Shown piece by piece: positions 23,935 through 31,702 of a stretch of DNA of 34,950 bases. Each line of letters starts with the position of its first letter. The first letter of the stretch is position 1. The stretch spans positions 1-34,950 of the forward strand of contig CAZGRT010000189.1 of the NCBI GenBank assembly GCA_964528225.1, given 5' to 3'. A model generated the notes under the pieces. It was not told where the DNA came from, searched no databases, and worked only from the letters and a program-made list of their open reading frames with translations. This DNA is from an uncultured Thermodesulfobacteriota bacterium (GTDB lineage: Bacteria; Desulfobacterota; Deferrisomatia; Deferrisomatales; JACRMM01). The position numbers and the translations under genes were made by a program.

Positions 23935-25278
23935 ATGAGTGTGGAGATCCTCACCCTCCTGATGTTCGGGACGCTGGTGCTGGCCATCTGCCTGGGGCAC
24001 CCGCTTGCCGTCACCCTGATGACCGTGGCCGTGCTCTTCGGCTTGATCGACAACGGCTGGAACGTGCCGGCGCTGCTAGACCTGCTGGCGAACAACAACT
24101 GGGGCGTGATGCAGAATTACGTCCTGGTGGCAGTGCCCCTGTTCGTGTTCATGGCCCAGGTCCTGGACCGGTCCAAGGTCTCGGAGGGGCTTTTCGACGC
24201 CCTTTACGTGGTGCTTGGCCGACTGCGCGGCGGCCTTGGCCTCGCAGCCATCCTCGTGAGCACGATCTTCGCCGCGACGACGGGCATCATCGGCGCCTCC
24301 GTGGTGGCCATGGGGCTGATGGCGGGGTCCGCGTTGATCCGCAAGGGCTACGACAAGGGACTGGTATCCGGCATCATCTGCGCCTCCGGGACCCTGGGCA
24401 TCCTGATTCCGCCGAGCATCATGATCGTGGTCTACGCCGGCCTCACCGGCCTCAAGGAGACGACGGTCGGAAACATGTTCGCCGGCGCGATCTTCCCGGG
24501 GCTGCTGCTCTCCGCCCTGTTCATGGTCTACACCTGGCTCATGTGCACCGTGAAGCCGGAGATGGGGCCGCCGATCGCCGAGGAGGAAGTCGGTCGCTAC
24601 ACGACGGCCCAGAAGTGGGGCATGACCCTCAAGAGCTTCGTTCCGCCCTTCGCCCTGATCCTCCTCGTGATGGGGACGATCCTCGCGGGCGTCGCCACGG
24701 CGACCGAAGCGGCCGGCATGGGGTGCGTGGGCGCGCTGGTCCTGGCCGCCTTCAGCCGCAAGTTCACCTGGCCGGTGATCCGGGACGCGAGCCTCGCCAC
24801 GCTGCGCACCACCTGCATGGTCATGCTCCTCTTCCTCGGGGGGAAGGCCTTCAGCGTGGTGTTCCTGAGCATGGGCGGTGGCGACGTGGTGTCGGACCTG
24901 CTCCTCGGGCTCGGCAACCGGTGGGTGGCCCTCGGCATCATGATGTTCATCGTCTTCATCCTGGGGATGTTCATCGACTGGGCCGCGATCCTGCTGGTCA
25001 CCGTACCCGTGTTCACACCCATCGCGATGGATCTGGACTTCAATCCCCTCTGGTTCTCTCTGCTCATGTGCGTCAACCTCCAGGCCTCGTTCCTCACACC
25101 GCCCTTCGGGTACGCGCTCTTCTATTTCAAGGGTGTCGCACCAGCCGAAGTGAGCATGCTCGACATCTACAGAGGCATCATTCCCTTCGTCGTGCTCCAG
25201 GGCATCGGGCTCCTGCTGTGCGCCCTCTTTCCCGACATCGTCCTGTGGCTGCCTGCCAAGATCTTCGGGGCCGGCTGA
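23935..25278 (+). CDS. TRAP transporter large permease (DctM family)
   Basis: 447 aa, polytopic. AGGAGA RBS. Typical DctM N-terminus MSVEILTLLMFGTLVLAICLGHPLAV. Confidence 0.93.
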   Translation: MSVEILTLLMFGTLVLAICLGHPLAVTLMTVAVLFGLIDNGWNVPALLDLLANNNWGVMQNYVLVAVPLFVFMAQVLDRSKVSEGLFDALYVVLGRLRGGLGLAAILVSTIFAATTGIIGASVVAMGLMAGSALIRKGYDKGLVSGIICASGTLGILIPPSIMIVVYAGLTGLKETTVGNMFAGAIFPGLLLSALFMVYTWLMCTVKPEMGPPIAEEEVGRYTTAQKWGMTLKSFVPPFALILLVMGTILAGVATATEAAGMGCVGALVLAAFSRKFTWPVIRDASLATLRTTCMVMLLFLGGKAFSVVFLSMGGGDVVSDLLLGLGNRWVALGIMMFIVFILGMFIDWAAILLVTVPVFTPIAMDLDFNPLWFSLLMCVNLQASFLTPPFGYALFYFKGVAPAEVSMLDIYRGIIPFVVLQGIGLLLCALFPDIVLWLPAKIFGAG

Positions 25279-25297
25279 CCGCTCTGCGAGGTGAACC

Positions 25298-26686
25298 ATG
25301 AAATATCCCCGCGTCTCCCCCGACGACATCGCCCGGCTGAAGGAAGTCATCGGCGAGTCCCACGTGTCCACCGGCGAATCCAACCTGGACCTCCACTCCC
25401 GGGACGAGAGCTACCACGAGCCCCACCGCCCCGACGTGGTGGTCTGGCCGCAGACGACCGAGCACGTCGTCGCGGCCGTGAAGCTCGCGGCCGAGAAAGG
25501 CTACGCCGTCACCCCCTGGTGCGCGGGCACGAGCCTGGAGGGGAATCCCATCCCGGTGAAGGGGGGCATCGTGCTCGACTTCACCGAGATGAACCACGTG
25601 CTGGAGATCCGGGAGAAGGACCTCCAGGTGGACGTGGAGGTGGGCATCCAGTACCGGGAACTGAACAACCAACTTCGCCACCACGGGCTGTTCTTCCCCC
25701 CGGACCCCGGGGCGTGGGCGGCCATCGGCGGCATGATCGGGAACAACGCCTCCGGCGTACGCACCGTGGCCTACGGCGCGACCCGGGACAGCGTCCTCGG
25801 GATGGAGGTGGTGATGGCGGACGGCGAGGTCCTCAAGCTCGGGAGCCACGCCATCAAGAGTTCGTCGGGCTACGACCTCCTGCGCCTCATGGTCGGCAGC
25901 GAGGGGACCCTCGGCATCGTCACCAGGGCCACGCTGCGCCTCAAGGGCCTGCCCCCCGAGTACCTCACGGTGGTGGCGACATTCCCCACCATCCACGACG
26001 CCTGCGAGGCGGTGAGCGACACGATCCGCTATGGCCTCAACCCGGCCGCCCTGGAGCTCATGGACGAGGCGGTGGTGGCGGAGATCAACAAGGACCAGCA
26101 GATGGACCTCGAGGAGAAGGCGATGCTCTTCCTCGAGTTCCACAACGTCAACGAGTCCGCCCTGGCCAGCCAGTACGAGATGGTGGAGGCCGTGCTCCAG
26201 GAGCACGGCGCCGCGAAGGTGGAGCGGGGGATCGGGGCCGACGAGCGGGCGAGGCTGTGGGAGGTGCGCCACGGGGCGCTGGAGTCCATCAAGCGCAACC
26301 ACCCCGGCCAGATGGTGCTGCTCGTGGACACCTGCGTTCCCATCAGCCGCTACGCGGAAATGGTGGACAAGGCCAAGGAGGCCGTGGCGCGAGAGGGGAT
26401 CAACGGCTTCTTCTGGGGGCACGCCGGGGACGGGAACCTTCACCTGGGCCTCATGTACCACCCCGCCGACGACCAGGCCAAGGCCGCGGTGCAGCGCGTG
26501 AACCACGCCGTGGTGGAGCACAGCATCGCCATCGGGGGCACCTGCACGGGCGAGCACGGCATCGGGGTCGGGAAGCTGCCCTTCGTCGCGGCGGAGCACG
26601 GGAAGGCCCTGGAGTACATGCGCCGGATCAAACAGGCCCTGGACCCCCGAGGGATCCTCAATCCGGGTAAGATGCTGCCCGAGTGA
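25298..26686 (+). CDS. FAD-linked oxidase, GlcD / D-lactate (D-2-hydroxyacid) dehydrogenase-like
   Basis: 462 aa. FAD_binding_4-type N-domain (VVWPQTTEHVVAAVKLAAEKGYAVTPWCAGTSLEG), GYDLLRLMVGSEGTLGIVT, and the C-terminal GGTCTGEHGIGVGK...LDPRGILNPGK. Confidence 0.92.
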   Translation: MKYPRVSPDDIARLKEVIGESHVSTGESNLDLHSRDESYHEPHRPDVVVWPQTTEHVVAAVKLAAEKGYAVTPWCAGTSLEGNPIPVKGGIVLDFTEMNHVLEIREKDLQVDVEVGIQYRELNNQLRHHGLFFPPDPGAWAAIGGMIGNNASGVRTVAYGATRDSVLGMEVVMADGEVLKLGSHAIKSSSGYDLLRLMVGSEGTLGIVTRATLRLKGLPPEYLTVVATFPTIHDACEAVSDTIRYGLNPAALELMDEAVVAEINKDQQMDLEEKAMLFLEFHNVNESALASQYEMVEAVLQEHGAAKVERGIGADERARLWEVRHGALESIKRNHPGQMVLLVDTCVPISRYAEMVDKAKEAVAREGINGFFWGHAGDGNLHLGLMYHPADDQAKAAVQRVNHAVVEHSIAIGGTCTGEHGIGVGKLPFVAAEHGKALEYMRRIKQALDPRGILNPGKMLPE

Positions 26687-26751
26687 ACGGCTCCTCGGCG
26701 CCGTCACCGAGCGTGGAAGCCGGCGGGAGTCCCGTCGGGAGGAGGAAGGAA

Positions 26752-27513
26752 ATGGAACTGGACGGGAAGGTGGCCCTGGTCACCGGGGCGGGCAGCGGCA
26801 TCGGCAAGGCCATCGCGGAGCGTTTCGCCCGCGAGGGGGCGACGGTGATCGTCAACGACTTCGCCGAGGCGGGCCGGGAGGTCGCGAAGGACATCGGGGG
26901 GGTCTTCCTCCAGGCCGACCTCTCGGACCGGAATTCCGTGCGGGACCTGGCCCGCGAGGCGGAGAGCGTCCGCGGGAGGGTGGACGTGCTCGTCAACAAC
27001 GCGGGGTTCCAACACGTCTCTCCGGTGGAGGACTTCCCGGAGGACGTCTGGGTCAAGATGATCCAGGTGATGCTCGTGGCGCCCTTCCAACTCACGAAGT
27101 ACCTCGTGCCCGGCATGAAGAAGCGCGGATGGGGCCGAATCGTGAACATCTCCTCGCTGCACGGCGTGGTGGCGAGCCCGTTCAAGAGCGCCTACATCTC
27201 TGCCAAGCACGGCCTGCTGGGGCTGACCAAGACCGTGGCCCTGGAGGTGGCGGCCCAGGGCATCACCGTGAACGCCATCTGCCCGGCGTACGTGCGCACC
27301 CCCCTGGTGGAGAAGCAGATCGAGGCCCAGGCGAAGACCCACGGCATCGGGCCCGACGAGGTGGTCCAGAGGATCATGCTCGAGCCCGCGGCCATCAAGC
27401 GACTCATCGAGCCCGAGGAGGTGGCGGATTTCGCCCTGTTCCTCGCCTCGGACCGGGCCGGCTCCATGACCGGTGCGGCTCACCTGATGGACCTGGGCTG
27501 GACGGCTCGCTAG
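26752..27513 (+). CDS. short-chain dehydrogenase/reductase, 3-hydroxybutyrate dehydrogenase-like
   Basis: ATG at 26752 after GGAGGAAGGA. TGAGSGIGKAIA, NNAGFQHV, the catalytic SAYISAKHG, and C-terminal NAICPAYVRTPLVEKQI...DLGWTAR typical of BdhA-type SDRs. Confidence 0.92.
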   Translation: MELDGKVALVTGAGSGIGKAIAERFAREGATVIVNDFAEAGREVAKDIGGVFLQADLSDRNSVRDLAREAESVRGRVDVLVNNAGFQHVSPVEDFPEDVWVKMIQVMLVAPFQLTKYLVPGMKKRGWGRIVNISSLHGVVASPFKSAYISAKHGLLGLTKTVALEVAAQGITVNAICPAYVRTPLVEKQIEAQAKTHGIGPDEVVQRIMLEPAAIKRLIEPEEVADFALFLASDRAGSMTGAAHLMDLGWTAR

Positions 27514-27526
27514 GAGGCACACGGTC

Positions 27527-28810
27527 ATGCGAGCGCTCCTGAAATACGGGACCGAGGGCCTCGCCCTGGACTTTCCCGAGACGCCGGGCTTCCAGGGGGT
27601 GATCGCCCCCTCGGAGGCCGTGCCCCTGGAGGACCCGGCCGCAGAAGTGGCGCGAAGCCTCCAGCGGCCCCGCGGGTGCGAAGCCCTGGCGCGGATCGCC
27701 GCCGGCCGCCAGAGCGCCTGCGTGGTGGTCAGCGACGTCACCCGGCCGGTCCCCAACCCGCTGCTGCTCGGCCCGATCCTGCAAACCCTGGAGGCGGCCG
27801 GCGTCCCCCCGGAGAGGACGCTGATCCTGGTGGCCACCGGCATGCACCGCCCCTCCACACCCGAGGAGCACGAGCGGCTCGTCGGGCCGGACATCGCGGG
27901 ACGATACCGGGTGGTGGACCATCTCTCCCGGGCCCGGGACGACATGGCGGAGGTCGGCCGGATCGGGGGGAAGGTCCCCGCCCTGGTCAACCGCCTCTAC
28001 CTGGAGGCCGAGCTCAAGATCCTCACCGGCTTCATCGAGCCCCACATGTGGGCCGGCTACTCCGGGGGGCGCAAGTCGATCCTGCCGGGGATCTCGTCCC
28101 TGGAGACGCTCCAGTACATGCACGGCCCGGAGATGGTGGCGCACCCCGGATGCGAGTACGGGCAACTCGAGGGCAACCCCTTCCACGAGGCCGGCCTCGA
28201 GGTGATGAGGATGGCGGGGGCGGACTTCGTGGTCAACGTCACCCTGGACACGGCCAAGCGGGTCACGGGGGTGTTTTCCGGCGACCCGGTGGAGGCCCAC
28301 CTCGAGGGGTGCCGGTTCCTCTCGCGCCACTGCGTCCGGGAACTCGACGCACCCCTGGACTTCATCGTCACCACCAACGCGGGCGCGCCGCTGGACTGCA
28401 ACCTCTACCAGACGGTCAAGGGAATCACCGGCGCGGCCACGGCGGTGAAACTCGGCGGCGACATCCTCGTCGCGAGCCGTTGCCTCGAGGGGGCGGGGAG
28501 CCCGGAGTACAGGGAGATCCTCGAGCGCGTGGACTCGCCGCGCGCGTTCCTGAACCGGATCATGCAGAAGGAGTTCTTCATCCCGGACCAGTGGTGTGCC
28601 CAGGAGACCTACCAGGTGATCGTGGACCGCAACGTCTGGATCTACACCGAGGGTTTCACCCCCGAGGAACTGCGCCGCTTCCACTTCCGGCCCGTGGCCG
28701 ACGTGGGAGAGGGCGTCCGGGCCCTCCTTGAGCGGCACGGCCCCGGAGCCCGCTGGGCGGTGGTGCCGGACGGACCCATGGTGATCCTGAGCGTGCGCGG
28801 GGACGCCTGA
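27527..28810 (+). CDS. larA: LarA-family nickel-pincer-dependent 2-hydroxyacid racemase/epimerase (lactate racemase-like)
   Basis: 427 aa. VSDVTRP, VATGMHRP, FIEPHMWAGYSGGRKSILPG (the NPN-tethering Lys region) and EGNPFHE match the catalytic His/Lys motifs of L. plantarum LarA as I remember them. Confidence 0.88.
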   Translation: MRALLKYGTEGLALDFPETPGFQGVIAPSEAVPLEDPAAEVARSLQRPRGCEALARIAAGRQSACVVVSDVTRPVPNPLLLGPILQTLEAAGVPPERTLILVATGMHRPSTPEEHERLVGPDIAGRYRVVDHLSRARDDMAEVGRIGGKVPALVNRLYLEAELKILTGFIEPHMWAGYSGGRKSILPGISSLETLQYMHGPEMVAHPGCEYGQLEGNPFHEAGLEVMRMAGADFVVNVTLDTAKRVTGVFSGDPVEAHLEGCRFLSRHCVRELDAPLDFIVTTNAGAPLDCNLYQTVKGITGAATAVKLGGDILVASRCLEGAGSPEYREILERVDSPRAFLNRIMQKEFFIPDQWCAQETYQVIVDRNVWIYTEGFTPEELRRFHFRPVADVGEGVRALLERHGPGARWAVVPDGPMVILSVRGDA

Positions 28811-28833
28811 GCCCCGCCCAGGAGGAGAAGCAG

Positions 28834-29325
28834 ATGCTGCCCCAGATCCGAACCATCCTTTGCGCCACCGATCTCTCGCCCCGCGCACCGGAGATCTTCC
28901 GGTACGCGATGGGCCTGGCCCAGAGCTGCGGGGCGAAGATCGTCCTCGTGCACGCCGTGGAGCCCCTGAGCCCCTTCGCGAAGAGCATGGTGGACCTCTA
29001 CGTCACCAAGGAGCAGAACGAGCAGCTCCACCGACAGGCTTACGACCGCCTGTTGGAGGCGCTGGGCGAGAAGCTCGAACTCTTCTGCCGCGACGAGCTG
29101 TGCACCGACCCGCAGGGCCGGGACCGGGTGACCGACATCCGGATCGTGGAGGGACGCCCGTCGGAGGTGGTCGTGGCGGAGGCGGCGAAGGCGAAGGCGG
29201 ACCTGATCGTGATGGGATCCCACGGGCACTCCGCCGTGGGGGAGATCCTGCTCGGGTCCACGGCGCACCAGGTGACCCTGCACGCGCCGGTTCCCGTGCT
29301 GCTGGTGCGTCTCCCGAAGTCCTGA
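28834..29325 (+). CDS. universal stress protein (UspA family)
   Basis: 163 aa. ILCATDLSP...KIVLVHAVEP...DLIVMGSHGHSAVGEILLGSTAHQVTLHAPVPVLLV. Confidence 0.9.
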   Translation: MLPQIRTILCATDLSPRAPEIFRYAMGLAQSCGAKIVLVHAVEPLSPFAKSMVDLYVTKEQNEQLHRQAYDRLLEALGEKLELFCRDELCTDPQGRDRVTDIRIVEGRPSEVVVAEAAKAKADLIVMGSHGHSAVGEILLGSTAHQVTLHAPVPVLLVRLPKS

Positions 29326-29337
29326 TCGCGCGCCGGT

Positions 29338-30036
29338 TCAGGTCCGGCGCGGCCGGCCCTTGGGGCGGGAGGCACCCGCGGTCGCCACGTACACCACGTG
29401 GCGCAATCCTCCGCGTCCGGGGCGCTCGCACGTCACCGTGAAGCCGGCCGCGCGGAGCCTCTTCTCGAACCCCGGGTCGTGGTTCTCCCCCCACACCGCG
29501 AATCTTCCCCCCGGCACCAGCGCCGACCGCGTCCTCTCGATGGCGCGGGCCCCGTACACGGGATCTTCCGCCCGGCGGGAACCGCCGTGGGGCCCCTCGT
29601 AGAGGTCGAGGATCACCGCGTCGAGGCCGCCGGGGGGGGCCCCCCGGATGACGTCGGCCACGTCGGCCGCCGCCACCGTCACCCGCGGGTCGTCCACCGC
29701 GCCGCCGGTCAGCGGGGCAAGGGGGCCGCGGCACCACGCCGTCACCTGGGGGTTGAGTTCGGCCACGAGCACGGCGCCCGACGAGGGAAGCGCGGCGAGC
29801 ACCGCGCGCAGCGTGAACCCCATCCCGAGCCCCCCCACGAGCACCCTGGGGCGCATCCTGCGCGCGAGGCCGCGGCAGGCGAGATCTCCCAGGGCCGTCT
29901 CCGAGCGGTGGGCCGAGCTGGTCATGAGGACCCGCCCGTCCACGGTGATCAGGAAGTCCCGTTCGCCGCGTCGCCGAAGCTCCAGGACGCCCCCGTCGCC
30001 GGACACCCGGTCCACGACCTGCCAGGGCTGAGCCAA
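29338..30036 (-). CDS. class I SAM-dependent methyltransferase, spermidine-synthase-like
   Basis: TTG at 30036 lies 6 nt after AGGGGA and just below the helicase stop (30071). VLVGGLGMGFTLRAVL (GxGxG), VAELNPQV, VILDLYEGP. The upstream part of the track ORF overlaps the helicase and is R/P-rich. Confidence 0.72.
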   Translation of the reverse strand: MAQPWQVVDRVSGDGGVLELRRRGERDFLITVDGRVLMTSSAHRSETALGDLACRGLARRMRPRVLVGGLGMGFTLRAVLAALPSSGAVLVAELNPQVTAWCRGPLAPLTGGAVDDPRVTVAAADVADVIRGAPPGGLDAVILDLYEGPHGGSRRAEDPVYGARAIERTRSALVPGGRFAVWGENHDPGFEKRLRAAGFTVTCERPGRGGLRHVVYVATAGASRPKGRPRRT

Positions 30037-30070
30037 GAGACGTCCCCTCGCCCGGAGCCGCGGGCCCGCC

Positions 30071-31399
30071 TCAGCGCGCCCGACGCGGGCGGAAGCGGCG
30101 GACCTGGGCAGGAGCCTTCGACGCGTCGCCCGCAGCCTGCCCCAGAGCGGCGGCCGCCGTGGGGGAACGGGAGGCATCCCTGGGCTTGCGGGGGGATGCG
30201 GCCTTGGAGCCGCCCCGACCCGGTCCCCGCGGCGGGCGGGGAGGGCGGGCGAACTCCACGTCGCGCCGCGGCGGGGGCACCGCGTAGTCGAACCCCTCGA
30301 CGGTACGGCGGTCGATCTTCGCACCCAGGGCCCGCTCGATGTCGCGCACCAGCGCCTCGTCCTCCCGCGTCACCAGCGTGAAGGCGTCCCCGGTGCGGGC
30401 GGCGCGGCCCGTGCGCCCGATCCGGTGGGTGTAGGCGTCCACGGTGTCGGGGATGTCGTAGTTCACCACGTGGGAGATCGTCGACACGTCGATGCCCCGG
30501 GCCGCGATGTCGGTGGCCACCAGGATCTGGAACTCCCCGGCCCGGAAGCCGTCCAGCGCGGCCTGTCGCCGGTTCTGGGAGAGGTTGCCCTGGAGCGAGG
30601 TCGCCCGGTACCCGGCCTTCGCCAGCTGCTCCCCGACCCGCTTGGCCCGGTGCTTGGTCCGCGTGAACACGAGCACCGACTCGGCATCGGTGTGCCGCAG
30701 CAGTTCCAGCAGCAGCGCGGTCTTCAGGTGCTGCCCCACCGGGTAGAGCGCGTGGGACACCGTGGTGGCCGGCGCCGCGCGGTCCACCTGCACGGTCACC
30801 GGCTCCCGGAGGATGTCGTGGGCGAGGCGCCGGACGTCGGCGGGCATGGTGGCGGAGAAGAGCAGGGTCTGGCGGTTGGCCGGAAGGCGCTTGAGGATCC
30901 GCCGGACGTCGGGCAGGAACCCCATGTCGAACATCCGGTCGGCCTCGTCGAGGACGACCACCTCCACCTGGCTCAGGTCTATGGTGCCGCGTTCCAGGTG
31001 GTCGAGCAGCCTGCCGGGGCAGGCCACCACCACCTCCACGCCGGCCCGGATCCGAGCGATCTGGGGGTTCATGCCCACCCCCCCGTACACCGTCGCGCTC
31101 CGCAGGCCGGTGCGGCGGCCCAACGCCTGGAACGCCTCGTGGATCTGCTCGGCGAGCTCCCGGGTGGGAGCGACGATGAGGGCCCGCACCCGACCCCGGC
31201 GGCCGTTGATCAGGCGCTGGAGGATCGGGAGCGCGAAGGCCGCGGTCTTGCCCGTACCGGTCTGGGCCAGGCCGAGCACGTCGCGACCCTGGAGCACGGT
31301 GGGGATGGAGCGGGCCTGGATGGGAGTGGGCGATGTGTAACCGAGGGACTGCACTCCAGCCGCGATGTGCGGATGGAGGTCGAACGCTTCGAAACTCAA
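30071..31399 (-). CDS. rhlE: DEAD-box ATP-dependent RNA helicase, RhlE-like
   Basis: TTG at 31399 after AGAAGGA gives (M)SFEAFDLHPHIAAGVQSLGYTSPTPIQ (Q motif). AQTGTGKT, PTRELA, DEAD, SAT and HRIGRTGRAA are present. R/G/P-rich C-terminal tail. Confidence 0.9.
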   Translation of the reverse strand: MSFEAFDLHPHIAAGVQSLGYTSPTPIQARSIPTVLQGRDVLGLAQTGTGKTAAFALPILQRLINGRRGRVRALIVAPTRELAEQIHEAFQALGRRTGLRSATVYGGVGMNPQIARIRAGVEVVVACPGRLLDHLERGTIDLSQVEVVVLDEADRMFDMGFLPDVRRILKRLPANRQTLLFSATMPADVRRLAHDILREPVTVQVDRAAPATTVSHALYPVGQHLKTALLLELLRHTDAESVLVFTRTKHRAKRVGEQLAKAGYRATSLQGNLSQNRRQAALDGFRAGEFQILVATDIAARGIDVSTISHVVNYDIPDTVDAYTHRIGRTGRAARTGDAFTLVTREDEALVRDIERALGAKIDRRTVEGFDYAVPPPRRDVEFARPPRPPRGPGRGGSKAASPRKPRDASRSPTAAAALGQAAGDASKAPAQVRRFRPRRAR

Positions 31400-31473
31400 T
31401 GGTGGTCCTTCTACACGCTTGGTGTGGCTGAAGATGGAGAGCACTTCGGAGGGCTCTGAGGATGGGATTGCGG

Positions 31474-31502
31474 ACTCTACGCGTACCGCCGCAGAACTAC
31501 AA
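31474..31502 (-). promoter_or_regulatory. putative promoter TTGTAG-17 nt-TAGAGT for the helicase gene
   Basis: On the minus strand: TTGTAG at 31502-31497 and TAGAGT at 31479-31474. Predicts a leader of roughly 70 nt. Confidence 0.4.
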
Positions 31503-31608
31503 GGAATTCTTTTCGGCATGAGATTCCTCGCCGGGGAATCGGGCCGGAGACCGGAGCCCCCCGGACGCGGGCCAACGCGCACCATGCCCCGCGCCGCCCG
31601 CGCTCGGC

Positions 31609-31637
31609 TTGTCCGGCCGGCGGTCCCGGTCTATCCT
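31609..31637 (+). promoter_or_regulatory. putative promoter TTGTCC-17 nt-TATCCT for the GNAT-nitrilase gene
   Basis: TTGTCC at 31609-31614 and TATCCT at 31632-31637. This is the fourth intergenic TATCCT -10 in the window. Confidence 0.45.
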
Positions 31638-31702
31638 CCCGACCCCACGCCGCCGGGAAGAGCGGCGGGCAGAACCGCTCCTCGAGCCGGAGGAAGACCG
31701 CC

